This document shows positions 26,510 to 40,054 of a DNA stretch of 64,000 nucleotides, in pieces. Source of the stretch: Macrostomum lignano (lineage: Eukaryota); contig NIVC01001427.1 in the NCBI GenBank assembly GCA_002269645.1, positions 160,761 through 224,760 of the forward strand. The letters run 5' to 3'. Numbering within the stretch: position 1 is the first letter of the stretch; each line of letters starts with the position of its first letter. The notes below the pieces were generated by a model. It searched no databases. It worked only from the letters and a program-made list of their open reading frames with translations, and was not told the origin of the DNA. Position numbers and translations under genes: made by a program.

Positions 26510-29500
26510 ATTTTTTCTTGACGCTTCTATGATTTTTACATGACGCTTCTATGATTTTTATATGACGTTTCTATGATTGTTTACATGACGCTTCTATGAT
26601 TGTTTACATGACGCTTCTATGATTGTTTACATGACGCTTCTATGATTTTTTACATGACGCTTCTATGATTTTTTACATGACGCTTCTATGATTGTTTACA
26701 TGACGCTTCTACGATTTTTTACATGACGCTTCTATGATTGTTTACATGACGCTTCTATGATTGTTTACATGACGCTTCTATGATTTTTTACATGACGCTT
26801 CTACGATTTTTTACATGACGCTTCTACGATTGTTTACATGACGCTTCTATGATTTTTACATGACGCTTCTATGATTGTTTACATGACGCTTCTATGATTT
26901 TTTACATGACGCTTCTATGATTTTTTACATGACGCTTCTATGATTTTTACATGAAGCTTCTACGATTGTTTACATGACGCTTCTACGATTGTTTACATGA
27001 CGCTTCTATGATTGTTTACATGACGCTTCTATGATTTTTACATGACGCTTCTATGATTGTTACATGACGCTTCTATGATTTTTTACATGACGCTTCTACG
27101 ATTGTTTACATGACGCTTCTATGATTTTTAATGACGCTTCTACGATTTCTTACATGACGCTTCTACGATTTTTTACATGACGCTTCTATGATTTTTTACA
27201 TGACGCTTCTATGATTGTTTACATGACGCTTCTACGATTTTTTTACATGACGCTTCTATGATTTTTTACATGACGCTTCTACGATTGTTTACATGACGCT
27301 TCTATGATTTTTTACATGACGCTTCTACGATTTTTTACATGACGCTTCTACGATTTTTTACATGACGCTTCTAAGATTGTTTACATGACGCTTCTATGAT
27401 TTTTATATGACGCTTCTATGATTGTTTACATTACGCTTCTATGATTTTTTCATGACGCTTCTATGATTGTTTACATGACGCTTCTATGATTTTTTTACAT
27501 GACGCTTCTATGATTTTTTACATGACGCTTCTACGATTGTTTACATGACGCTTCTATGATTTTTTACATGACGCTTCTACGATTTTTTACATGACGCTTC
27601 TACGATTTTTTACATGACGCTTCTAAGATTGTTTACATGACGCTTCTATGATTTTTATATGACGCTTCTATGATTGTTTACATTACGCTTCTATGATTTT
27701 TTCATGACGCTTCTATGATTGTTTACATGACGCTTCTATGATTTTTTACATGACGCTTCTATGATTTTTACATGACGCTTCTATGATTTTTACATGACGC
27801 TTCTATGATTTTTACATGACGCTTCTATGATTTTTACATGACGCTTCTACGATTGTTTGCATGACGCTTCTATGATTTTTAATGACGCTTCTACGATTTC
27901 TTACATGACGCTTCTACGATTTTTTACATGACGCTTCTATGATTTTTTACATGACACTTCTATGATTTTTACATGACGCTTCTATGATTTTTACATGACG
28001 CTTCTATGATTTTTACATGACGCATCTATGATTTTTACATGACGCTTCTATGATTTTTTTTTCATGACGCTTCTACGATTGTTTACATGACGCTTCTATG
28101 ATTGTTTACATGACGCTTCTATGATTTTTTTACATGACGCTTCTATGATTTTTACATGACGCTTCATGACATGACTTTTACGATTGTTTACATGACGCTT
28201 CTATGATTTTTACATGACGCTTCTATGATTTTTTACATGACGCTTCTACGATTGTTTGCATGACGCTTCTATGATTTTTAATGACGCTTCTACGATTTCT
28301 TACATGACGCTTCTACGATTTTTTGTAGGACGCTTCTATGATTGTTTACATGACGCTTCTATGATTTTTTACATGACGCTTCTATGATTTTTACATGACG
28401 CTTCTATGATTTTTACATGACGCTTCTATGATTTTTTGTATGACGCTTCTATGATTGTTTACATGACGCTTCTATGATTGTTTACATGACGCTTCTATGA
28501 TTGTTTACATGACGCTTCTATGATTTTTTGTATGACGCTTCTATGATTGTTTACATGACGCTTCTATGACTGTTTACATGACGCTTCTATGACTTTTACA
28601 TGACGCTTCTGTGATTTTTCATGACGCTTCTATGATTGTTTACATGACGCTTCTATGATTTTTTGTAGGACGCTTCTACGATTGTTTACATGACGCTTCT
28701 ACGATTGTTTACATGACGCTTCTACGATTGTTTACATGACGCTTCTATGATTGTTTACATGACGCTTCTATGATTGTTTAAATGACGCTTCTATGATTGT
28801 TTACATGACGCTTCTATGATTTTTTACATGACGCTTTTATGACTTTTACATGACGCTTCTATGATTTTTTACGTGACACTTCTATGATTTTTACATGACG
28901 CTTCTATGATTTTTACATGACGCATCTATGATTTTTACATGACGCTTCTATGATTTTTTACATGACGCTTCTATGATTTTTACATGACGCTTCTATGATT
29001 TTTTTACATGACGCTTCTATGATTTTTTACATGACGCTTCTATGATTTTTACATGACGCTTCTATGATTTTTACATGACGCTTCTATGATTTTTTGTATG
29101 ACGCTTCTATGATTGTTTACATGACGCTTCTATGATTGTTTACATGACGCTTCTGATTTTTCATGACGCTTCTATGATTGTTTACATGATGCTTCTATGA
29201 TTTTTTGTATGACGCTTCTATGATTGTTTACATGACGCTTCTATGATTGTTTACATGACGCTTCTATGACTTTTACATGACGCTTCTGTGATTTTTCATG
29301 ACGCTTCTATGATTGTTTACATGACGCTTCTATGATTGTTTACATGACGCTTCTATGATTGTTTACATGACGCTTCTATGATTGTTTACATGACGCTTCT
29401 ATGATTGTTTAAATGACGCTTCTACGATTGTTTACATGACGCTTCTATGATTTTTCATGACGCTTCTACGATTCTTTACATGACGCTTCTACGATTTTTT

Positions 29501-29600
29501 ACATGACGCTTCTACGATTCTTTACATGACGCTTCTACGATTTTTTACATGACGCTTCTACGATTGTTTACATGACGCTTCTATGGTTTTTACATGACGC
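26510..29600. repeat. Large satellite array, 22-24-bp unit (TTTACATGACGCTTCTATGATT)
   Basis: About 3.1 kb of tandem units varying mainly in T-run length. Confidence 0.97.
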
Positions 29601-29656
29601 CTTTAGTCCTTTAATTAGTCCTTTAATAAAAGCTTTCAATAAAAAAAACATTTCTC

Positions 29657-29715
29657 TACTAAGATTCGAACCCAGGTCGCTGCATTGGCAGTCCAGTCTG
29701 TTCACATCTAGGCAA
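29657..29715 (-). other. tRNA-derived segment (A/B boxes), copy A
   Basis: TTGCCTAGATGTGAACAGACTGGACTGCCAATGCAGCGACCTGGGTTCGAATC followed by a T run; no acceptor stem. Confidence 0.6.
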
Positions 29716-30221
29716 GCTCTTATCGAATTTATTAATGAAATATTGTAGCACTTATATAAAATTTAACACTCACTCACGAAGCAGTTATGACATAATCAAT
29801 TTCCCAGGCAAGTCAGTATCAGTCTCAATTAAAGTTGACAATATGGTTACGCAATCTAAATCAAGTCTGGTGCTACGCTTCCACACTGCATTTTCAATAC
29901 TGTGACGCAATTCAAGTCGGAGTTACAATTCAGTTATGATGCAATCTATTTCAGAATCAGAATTCAACCAGTCAGTTTTTTCTCTAGCATTCTTACAATG
30001 CATTTCAAGTCGAAAAGTTTGCTTGACCTTTGCAAAAAAGCATGTTTTTCGAATATTTAATGCCTTTAGCATCGAGAAATTTCTTAGCCACGATGCATGT
30101 ACAGTCACGGGAAAATTTCTGATCGAACAGTGCAAGTCTCATGAAAATCGGTTAAGCCATTTTTTCTCTAATCGATTACAAGCAAGCAAGCAAGCAAGAT
30201 TTTCATTTTTAGTATATAGGA

Positions 30222-30580
30222 CTAGCTAATTAGAGCTGGCTGCCAGCAGCCAGAATAATTTTTTTATTGCCCCCCTTTAAGTGGAGCGGAGTGAGTTTTC
30301 TTATCAGTTGGCTCTGGCGCAATCAATTAAAATTGGCAGTGAAGTTTCTGGCTGATAAAATTTGCATTGAAAAAGGCCATTTAAAACAGTTTTTCGAATA
30401 TTTAATCCCTTTAGCATTGAAGCAGATACGATAAATTTTAACCGTCTTCTTTCCAGACAATTTTGAATCTTTTGGCGAAAACGCGATCAAAATCGGTGAA
30501 GAATTGCAGTCTCTAGAGCGTTATGGACATTCATTCATTCAAGCATACAAACCTTAGAGATTTAGTATATTTAGATATAG
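30222..30580 (+). mobile_element. Short related Helitron/Helentron-like element
   Basis: Starts ACTAG plus hairpin CTGGCTG..CAGCCAG; shares TTTTTCGAATATTTAAT.CCTTTAGCAT with copy A; ends AAAATCGGTGAAG...(CATT)n...TTAGTATATTTAGAT. Confidence 0.5.
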
Positions 30581-30715
30581 AAAGGTAACGCGCATTTCTG
30601 CTCTCTCCTATCTGCCTGTCTGTCTGAAAACAATAATTATGTCTATGGGAGATTTGCTGTTTATTTGGTGCATGCTTAGACACAGGTGGGGGTCATCCAG
30701 CTGGTGATTGACAGC

Positions 30716-33700
30716 TCAGGTGGCCCAGGCCTCCAGCTCGCGCATCTCGTCCTCCTCGGACTTCGCTCCGGCCGGCTTTTTAGCGGCTGCGGCTTCCGGC
30801 TGGCCGCGCGGGGCGCTCGGCAGCTCCGGGACGCTGGTGCCGCCAACGTCAAGAAGCTGCTTGTCCAGGTCCTCCTGCTCCAGCTCCTCCAGCTCCGCCA
30901 GCAGGTCGTCCTCGTCGACATCGTGACCGAAGCCGGCGGGACTGCTGATGGCGTCGCTGATCTCCTGGGCGATCTCCTGCTGCTCGTGAATCTCGTCCAT
31001 CACGTCGTTCACCTGCAGAGGGGCGGCACAGAGCCGGGCTGCGATCTGGATCTAGCAGCTGAGGGTCTGGAGCTAGCAGCTGAGAGTCTGGATCTAGCAG
31101 CTGAGGGTCTGGATCTAGCAGCTGAGGGTCTGGATCTAGCAGCTGAGGGTCTGGATCTAGCAGCTGAGAGTCTGGATCTGCCAGCTGAGGGTCCGGATCT
31201 AGCAGCTGAGGGTCTGGATCTAGCAGCTGAGGGTCTGGATCTGCCAGCTGAGGGTCTGGATCTAGCAGCTGAGGGTCTGGATCTGCCAGCTGAGGGTCTG
31301 GATCTAGCAGCTGAGGGTCTAGATCTAGCAGCTGAGAGTCTGGATCTGCCAGCTGAGGGTCTGGATCTGCCAGCTGAGAGTCTGGATCTAGCAGCTGAGG
31401 GTCTGGATCTAGCAGCTGAGGGTCTGGATCTAGCAGCTGAGGGTCTGGATCTAGCAGCTGAGAGTCTGGATCTGCCAGCTGAGGGTCCGGATCTAGCAGC
31501 TGAGGGTCTGGATCTGCCAGCTGAGGGTCTGGATCTAGCAGCTGAGGGTCTGGATCTAGCAGCTGAGGGTCTGGATCTGCCAGCTGAGGGTCTGGATCTA
31601 GCAGCTGAGGGTCTGGATCTAGCAGCTGAGAGTCTGGATCTGCCAGCTGAGGGTCTGGATCTGCCAGCTGAGGGCCTGGATCTGCTCCCGAATGCTGACA
31701 GCATTGGATCCTGGCACCAGTATGCAAGTTTATCCTGTAACTTGAACAGAAAACACACCTGATCGATATTGAGATCCTGGTGAGCAGATTTAAGTGACTT
31801 GGCGGCCACTTGCATGGCCTTGAGCACTTCGGTGTTGGTGCTGGCGTTCTCCAGTGCCTCGCGCTGGAACTCGATGGTGGTCAGGGTGCCGTCAATCTGG
31901 GTGAGCTGCTTCTCGTACCGCTTCTTCCTGGCCAGAGCTTGCAGGGCCGCTGTGGTGTTAAGACGAGTTTTTGGCGGATGGTCAGTTTAGTGTGAGAGAG
32001 AGGGTGTGAAAAGCATGTCAACCTAGGCCAAGTTTTCTGCATAAGCCTCAAATTAATGCAGCCATGCATAGAATCAAACCAAGAGATATTGCTCAAGGTC
32101 AATCATTATTTAAGAGACTAGGATATAAAATGCAATCATTATTAATATTCACTAAAAACAGCCTAAATTTATTTATATGTTACTTAATATTTTTTGCTTT
32201 GATTTCATTCTCTTTCTACAAGGTCATTTTTTGTACTATAAGAATTTCTATAATATATTAAAAATTAAAAAGTGTTTGTTTTTATATACATAGTAGGCCT
32301 ATAAAAGCATTTCTATAGTCAAAAAATACAATAGCATGGGACCTTTAAAAGAAAATACATTTGAGGCCAATACTAAAGTCAAGCTTAACCAAGTTAAAGT
32401 TAGTTAATTTTTTTAATATTAACTTATAATAAAAATTTTGCTACCAATGGCAATGCATAATAAATGATTAATTTACTCAGTTATCTTATATTTTTAAACT
32501 TTACAAATAAAGAGAACTCTTTAGTTGGAGTTAAATTGAATAGATAATAAGTAGAACAGAAGGCCTAAATGAATAAAATATGTAAGACAACTAGGAAGGG
32601 CTTGAATATAGATAATTAAAAAGGACAAAGGCAAAGCATGCAACTAAGGAAACAGGTAAAATTGAATAGCCTATTATTGATTGGTTTATGAGTATAAACA
32701 ATAATATTATAAAACCTAATATAATATAATAAATCATATATACTAAAAATGAAATGTCTGTAACTATCTAGCTATGCGATAGATTTCAGAAAAAGTGGCT
32801 CAACCGATTTTCTTCAAACTTGCACCATTTGATCAGAAATTTTCCTGGGACGGTACATGCATCTTGGCTAAGAAATTGCTCAATTTTAAAGGGATTAAAT
32901 ATTCGAAAAACATGCTTTTTTGCAAAGGTCAAGCAGCTCTTTCGACCTGAAATGAATTGTAAAAATGCGAAAGAAAAAACTGACTGACTGAATTTCAATT
33001 GTGATAAAGATTGCATCACAACAAGATGAAAACAGTGTCGAAAAAATGCACACAAGACTTGATTGTAATTGCGTAACCATATTGCTAACTTGAATTGAGA
33101 CTGATACTGGCTGACTGAGAAATTGATTATGTCATAACTTTTTACTCTAACTGACTTGCTATAAGAATTGAATTATAAGGGCCACAATACATGTTCTCCA
33201 ATTGAAAAGAGATAGCCAAGATGGGAACAGACTGGACTGCTAATGTAGCGACCTGGGTTCGAATCTTAGTAGTGCAAAAACATTTTTTTATTAAAACACT
33301 TTAAAACACAAAATGCTAAACATAAAAGAAGCGCAATGTCAAATATAAAAGAGCCACCATGCCAAACAAAAAAAAAGTGCCACCATGTAGAACACAGAAG
33401 AGACACCATGTCAAACATAAAAGAGCCACCATTTCAAACATAAAAGAGCCACCATGTGAAACATATACGTGACTCAATGTCAAACATTAAAGAGCCACCA
33501 TGTCAAACATTAAAGAGCCACCATGTCGAACATAACAGAGACAACATTTCAAACATAAAAGAGCCATCATGTCAAACATAAAAGAGCCACCATGTCGAAC
33601 ATTAAAGAGCCACTATGTCAAACATAACAGAGACAACATTTCAAACATAAAAGAGCCATCATGTCAAACATTAAAGAGCCACCATGTCGAACATTAAAGA

Positions 33701-36700
33701 GCCACCATGTTGAACATTGAAGAGCCACCATGTCAAACATTAAAGAGCCACCAAGTAAAATATAAAAGAGCTACCATGTCAAACATAAAAGAGCCACCAT
33801 GTCGAACATAACAGAGACAACATTTCAAACATTTAAGAGCCACCATGTCAAACATAAAAGAGCCACCATGTCGAGCATAAAAGAGCCACCATGTCAAACA
33901 TAAAAGAGCCACCATGTCAAACATTAAAGAGCCACCATGTCAAACATTCAAGAGAAACCATGTCGAACATAACAGAGACAACATTTCAAACATTTAAGAG
34001 CCACCATGTCAAACATAAAAGAGCCACCATGTCGAGCATAAAATAGCCACCATGTTGAACATTAAAGAGCCACCATGTCAAACATTAAAGAGCCACCATG
34101 TCGAGCATAAAAGAGCCACCATGTCGAACATAAAAGAGCCACCATGTCAAACATTAAAGAGCCACCATGTCAAACATTCAAGAGACACCATGTCGAACAT
34201 AACAGAGACAACATTTCAAACATTTAAGAGCCACCATGTCAAACATAAAAGATCTACCATGTCAAACATAAAAGAGCCATCATGTCAAACATAAAAGAGC
34301 CACCATGTCGAACATTAAAGAGCCACCATGTTCAACATTAAGGAGCCACCATGTCAAACATAAAAGAGCCACCATGTCAAACATTAAAGAGCCACCATGT
34401 CAAACATTAAAGAGCCACCATGTCAAACATTCAAGATCAGCCATGTCGAACATAAAAGAGCCACCATGTAAAATATAAAAGAGCTACCATGTCAAACATA
34501 AAAGAGCCATCATGTCAAACATAAAAGAGCCATCATGTGAAACATATACGTGACTCAATGTCAAACATTAAAGAGCCACCATGTCAAACATATACGTGAC
34601 TCCATGTCAAACATTAAAGAGCCACCATGTCAAACATATATGACTCCATGTCAAACATATATGACTCCATGTCAAACATATATGACTCCATGTCAAACAT
34701 TAAAAATAAAAAAGACACCATGTCACACATAAGGGAGCCACCATATCAAACATAAAAGAGCTACCATGTCAAAACATTATTGAGCCATTATGCCCAATAT
34801 AAAAAGACACAATTTCAAATGTAAAAGGGCCGCCATGTCAAACATAGAAGAGCCACCATGTCAAACATAGAAGAGCCACCATGTCAAACAACTAAGCCAC
34901 CATGTCAAACATAACAGAGACACCATTTCAAACGTAAAAGGGCCGCCATGGCAAACATAGAAGAGCCACCATGTCAAACATTAAAGAGCTACCATGTCAA
35001 ACACAAAAGGGCCACCACGTCCAACATTAAAGAGCTATCATGTCAAACACAAAAGAGCTACCATGTCAAACATTAAAAAGCCACTTTTTTAAACAAAAAA
35101 GAGACACCATTTCAAACATAAAAGAAGTGTCATGCCAAACAAAATGAAACCATTATAAAGCTAAGGAAATTGTTGCACTAGCTACTTGTTCTCTGGTGGA
35201 TGCTTGCTATTTAAGGATGGATACTTGCTATCAGGGGGATGCTTGCTCTTGGGGGTGGAGAGTACTTGCTATCTGAGAGGGGGTTGCTAGATATCTATAA
35301 GGTATCTTTGTATCCAGGTTATGCTTGCTATCAGGGGTTGCTTGCTGTCTGGGGATGCTTGCTATCTGGGGGGGGATGCTTGCTATCTAGGGGATGCTTG
35401 CTATCTGCGGGATGCTTGCTATCTGGGGGATGCTTGCTATCTGCGGGATGCTTGCTATCTGGGGGACGCTTGCTATCTGGGGTCTGGGGGAATGCTTGCT
35501 ATCTGGGGATGCTTGCGATCTGGGGGATGCTTGCTATCTGAGGAATGCTTGCTATCTGGGGGATGCTTGCTATCTGCGGGATGCTTGCTATCTGGGGGAT
35601 GCTTGCTATCTGGGGTCTGGGGGAATGCTTGCTATCGGGGGGATGCTTGCAGTCTGGGGGATGCTTGCTATCTGGGGATGCTTGCCATCTGGGGGACGCT
35701 TGCTATCTGGGGTCTGGGGGAATGCTTGCTATCTGGGGATGCTTGCGATCTGGGGGATGCTTGCTATCTGAGGAATGCTTGCTATCTGGGGGATGCTTGC
35801 TATCTGCGGGATGCTTGCTATCTGGGGGATGCTTGCTATCTGGGGTCTGGGGAATGCTTGCTATCGGGGGATGCTTGCAGTCTGGGGATGCTTGCTATCT
35901 GGGGATGCTTGCTATCTGGGGGATGCTTGCAGTCTGGGGGATGCTTGCTATTTGGGGATCAATGCTTGAATGTTGTCTGAGGATGCTTGCTGTCTTGGGA
36001 TGTTTTGTTTTTAAGAGGGAATGTCTGTTGTTTTTTCTGAAGGCTTTATTTCGCTGTCTATTTGTTATTTGTAAAAAACAAGGATTCTATCCAGATGTCC
36101 CCCATCGGGGGGCAAAGATTGCTAGTACTCCAAACTAAATATTAGATTTCAAGAATCAATCAAAAAGCAGCAAAAGAATGATAAGAAAAACAATTTTGAA
36201 CTGACAGGAGGAGAGAAAACAGAAAGTCAAAACAAAAAATGCATATAAAAAATCAATAGATTATGATGGCCATTATTGGTATAAAAAAAATAGGCCTAAC
36301 TAACCATCTAAATTAAATTCTAACTAATATATATTTTTATTTTCTTGAAATAACAAGACAAAACATTCATATGAAAAATAAAAATAAAAAATAAATTTAT
36401 AATAGATTGATCATGTATTTCGCCTAGCCTATACCATGATTGCAGAGCAGTCTGAAATGGAGGTCTTATTAGGCCTATTACTAAGGCAAAGCATAAGCTC
36501 AAGGAAAATAAACAATAGCAAATCCACATACCTCGTTTGTTCTTTGTTCCATGTTTCTTTGCTTGCGTAATTTCTTCGTGAATTTTCTTTTCCAAAAACT
36601 GCGACTTTTTATTTAACATTTCTTCTGTGTTTCGCAACCTCTGGATCGCCTCTTGTGGAGACTCAGACTTCTCCTTCTTCTTTCCGAATAGAAAAGACAT
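30716..36700 (-). CDS. CHMP4: Charged multivesicular body protein 4 (Snf7/Shrub, ESCRT-III)
   Basis: In-frame exons 36532-36700, 31759-31949, 30716-31012. AIQRLRNTEEMLNKKSQFLEKKI, ALQALARKKRYEKQLTQIDGTLTTIEFQREALENA, DEDDLLAELEEL, MRELEAWAT*. Confidence 0.95.
31040..31685. repeat. Intronic minisatellite, 21-bp unit (GATCTAGCAGCTGAGGGTCTG)
   Basis: Tandem repeats in CHMP4 intron 2; source of the spurious LDLAAEG and DPDPQLL ORFs. Confidence 0.95.
33213..33272 (+). other. tRNA-derived segment (A/B boxes), copy B
   Basis: TAGCCAAGATGG (A box) ... GGACTGCTAAT (tRNA-Ser-like anticodon arm) ... GGTTCGAATC (B box), then T7 at about 33283-33289. Confidence 0.6.
33340..35140. repeat. Satellite, 23-24-bp unit (AAACATAAAAGAGCCACCATGTC)
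   Basis: Its reverse complement resembles the 26510-29600 unit. Confidence 0.95.
35205..35995. repeat. Minisatellite, 17-18-bp unit (GGGGATGCTTGCTATCT)
   Basis: Tandem repeats. Confidence 0.95.
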
Positions 36701-37864
36701 TGTTCTCAACAATAGCTAAATTAACAAAAAGGACAACAATTCTGGATGACACAAAACAGCTTAACGAGGCTGGACAACGCCTTGTTTTGCTTTTTGCTTT
36801 ACTTACAATAAACTCTACAATATAGCAATGCAATCTAAAATAGCAGTTAACATAGCAATTTCGAATTAGTGCGTTATATTCATCAGCTAGCTTAACAAAG
36901 TTTTTTCCTTTCCTGTCAATATAAGAATAAATAATTTTTGAAAAGTGGCAAAAACTATACTTATTTGACAGTTTTTTAGTTTTTTCTTTCTGAGTACCTG
37001 TTTTTTCATCCCTGAATATGTTGTTCAGGCTCTAAAAGTCTTTTAGCCGGATACATTAACTTTTAACTATTTCGTGACTGAACTGAGCAATTTTAGACAA
37101 ACTATAGAGTAGGACGCTATTATCTGGGAATCCTACAGATTTTGCAGATTTTCCTGCAGATTTTCCCAACGAATTCCACAACGGACTTGCTATTCCACAA
37201 TATTCTAATTCTATAATAATTACATCGCTAAATTGACTGCTGTGGCGGCCCAATCAGCACGCAGCCAGCGATTGCGAGTACATCTGCACTGAAACCCCTG
37301 CCCGCCAAGCTGGGGGGTGGGTGTACTCGGACAGACAGTCAATATGCTTAGTCGGGGGGGGGGGGGTTCGTGCCACCTTTTTGGCGCACCTCCCCATGTG
37401 ATCGCGTGCTTATTTATAAAGCTAATAAACTTTTACTTTTCCCGCTTGCAACTTACTTCGTTTTTCCGCAAACTGCACATGTAGCTACTTGTTGATTTTG
37501 TGCGTGTAGCTCGTAGATGTATGAGTTCGAATTTTAAGTACTCGTACATGTACATCTAATTATGACAAAAAGATCTTGGAGATCAAAAAATCAGTAATTG
37601 CAAGTTGCTCTAAAATATATCCATCCCAGTTGTCTATTTGCGTGTTTGATTTATTTTATAAAACGCATTTATCCCTATGCAGACCCTGAGTGCAAAAAAA
37701 TATTTTTCCGCGTTTAGAAATAATTCAATTTCGCGCCAAAATTCGATGAAAATTTACTCGGATTCGATCAATTTTATACAGCAAACAGCGTCATTGATTT
37801 ATATCAGACCTTGGGTTTGTCTAGCAAAAATTATCAACAGGTTTTCTTGTAAGTTTGGTACGAA

Positions 37865-40054
37865 TCAAAATAACGAGCGCATTATCCCCTCAATTCTTCT
37901 GCGACAAACCAAGGCATTCGGCTCTGGAGCGACCGAACGAGACAGCTCAATGATGGCAAGAGCAACAACTATGCCCATTGAGGTTGCAGCGAATGCGCCG
38001 AAGAACACTTTGTCAGTGCCGGTGACGACGGCGGCCCAGTCTTTGGTCGTTTTCGGTTGGACAGTCATCCGGCTGGGTGATTCCGCTGGGTGCTGCTGCG
38101 ACTTCGGACTCAGGGTAACAGCTACTGAGCCCTTTGCACGCAGCTGCCTTTCTGCACAAGCCAGTTGAGGAAGAGAGCGCGGATCAGCTGGTTGCTGACG
38201 CGAGCGCTGCTGTGCTGCTTAAAGTGGCAGCTGATGACGAATGCGTTGCAGAGGACGTTTAGAATCGTCATGAGCACGGCCAAACTGAAGTATAGGGCTG
38301 CAATTACATGTTAATGATTACCGTTTGTTCCTGATGGGACAAATTTTATAACGCACATTACGTGACTCACTGATGAGCGGCACGGACTCGCTCTGCGTGG
38401 GCGTGTAGTTGCCAGCCAGCTGCAGGAACACGCACATGGACAGCACGATGGTGATGCTGAAGGAGACTCGCTCGCCGCACTCGAGTGGCATGCGGAATGC
38501 GAGCGCAGAGATGGCGAGGAGAAGGATGCTGGGCAGCATCAGGTTCACCACGTAGAATGTCGGCATCCTCTGAAAAAAATTGTTTCCCTGCGCTCAATCG
38601 GTGAATTTGAGTCCCCACTTACACCCGATGAGGAAATCTTACACTGAACGATACTTTCAGTGCCGCAGCTTCAAATGTGATTTCTCCTCGCCAGACCAGC
38701 TTCGCATCCGTGATGCAGAACTCGTTGCTCTTGGAAATCTCGTTAGTTAGCGTCAGGTTTAGAAAGAAGTCCTTTGTGCGCAACTTGATCGCGCTGCTGG
38801 GCTAAAATGAGCTACCAATCTGGACCTCGCAGGTCTGGACATCATACGAGAAGCCGAACATGTGCATGCAGCACTTCGATGTCACGACTAGCTGGGTGCC
38901 GCGAACCACCCAGACTGAACTTTGCAGCACCACGATAACTCGCTCGTCGGAGACCCGCTTGTAGCTTAATCTGTAGTGGGAAAAAGTCTTATAGAATCCT
39001 ATGCTTTAGTATATTTATAAACAGCGGAGTATGATTTCTCGAAAGTTTCATACACATCATAAAATGCGACATCGGGCTGCCAAAGCAGGTCTGCTGGGAG
39101 GAAAATCATGTCAGTGCCATCCAGACTGGAGTTGAATCGACCCAGCCAGCTGAAAGGCGGCTGTCCTTCCAATACTTAAATGGTACGTGAATTATTCAAA
39201 GGTTTAATTGATTGACAAAAATCAGTATTACTCGTAAAAGAACACGATCTCCTGAGCTGCAGAGTCCTAAAATGATTGCGATGCAAAGTTTTAATTCAGA
39301 GACCAACAGACACAGGCTCCGCGAGGACCTGGTATTGACCTTCAACCGAAAGTCCTAATCAGTCTTACCACTTTAATACGGCTGCTCAGGTGCACGAAAA
39401 CGCTGACCGTATTGGCTGTCCCATTGTCCGGCGGAGGCCGGATGGCGCTGTTGTACTCTGAGGCGAGCTTCAGCGCTGCCACCACCTCGGCGTCGGGCGA
39501 TGCGGGCGAAGCAGAGGCGGCCGCATGGCTCCATGGCTCCTTCGATTGGTTGGACTCAGAGAGGGAATTAATAGATTGCCGCAGGCTTTTAAACGGCAAT
39601 GCAGAAATATTTGCAGTTGAGGTGAGCATCCCCAGTGAGACTCTTCTGGCAGCAGCTGTGGCATCGAATTTCTCGACAAGAATCCTTGTTCTGCTCTCAG
39701 TGTTGTTTGCATAGCTCGAACGGGTCTGTTTGCTGCTCTCTTATGCTTGTCGAGCCATGCAAAGTCTCGCGGGCGAGTCGCTTTCTTAGCGTGTATCGCC
39801 CTTGTCCTCTTGACAGGAGAAGCCATTCTAATCCAAAAAGTGCGACTGATATTCAGAGGGAGACAGCACTGTAAAAATATCCTAATGACACTACTGGAAG
39901 AAGTAAGGCTTGAATGAAACTGTGTAGATTGAGAGTATGGCAGACAGTTTAAATGCATACAAAACGCATTTACTTTTCCGTGGTAGCTCAACTCCGTGAA
40001 TACGAGTAAGATTGTGCAGGACAGAAAGAAACTCAAGCTGAGAAGTTTTGGCAT
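37865..40054 (-). pseudogene. Cys-loop ligand-gated ion channel subunit (nAChR-like, non-alpha, cation-type), decayed
   Basis: YNSAIRP..TVSVFVHL, WKDSRL, LLWQPDVAFYD, Cys-loop CCMHMFGFSYDVQTC, M1 PTFYVVNLMLP, M2 GERVSFSITIVLS, M3, M4 DWAAVVTGTDKVFF. Lesions: frameshift near 39150, in-frame TAG at 38802-38804, frameshift near 38140. The signal-peptide exon (about 39974-40054) is tentative. Confidence 0.8.

Larger units (their letters stand above)
25327..30220 (+). mobile_element. Composite non-autonomous repeat, copy A (Helitron/Helentron-like termini, internal satellite and tRNA-like segment)
   Basis: Starts TACTAGCAATCT..GCCCCCCG.TGGGG (same as copy B terminus); 29635-30175 is homologous to the reverse complement of 32787-33300; ends AAAATCGGTTAAGCC...(AAGC)n...TTTTAGTATATAG. 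Class assignment is inference. Confidence 0.6.
32765..36127 (-). mobile_element. Composite non-autonomous repeat, copy B, inverted relative to copy A, inside CHMP4 intron 1
   Basis: Terminus TACTAGCAATCTTTGCCCCCCGATGGGG on the minus strand at about 36100-36127; same block order as copy A (terminus, satellites, tRNA-like segment, conserved ~500-bp body). Confidence 0.65.

Noticed and set aside
30686-31827. LDLAAEG, DPDPQLL and SRPSAA ORFs
   Set aside because: 21-bp intronic array of CHMP4; the true exons are spliced around it.
29657-33272. Functional tRNA genes at 29657-29715 and 33213-33272
   Set aside because: No acceptor stem, the anticodons differ between copies (GCC/GCT), and both sit inside a repeat.
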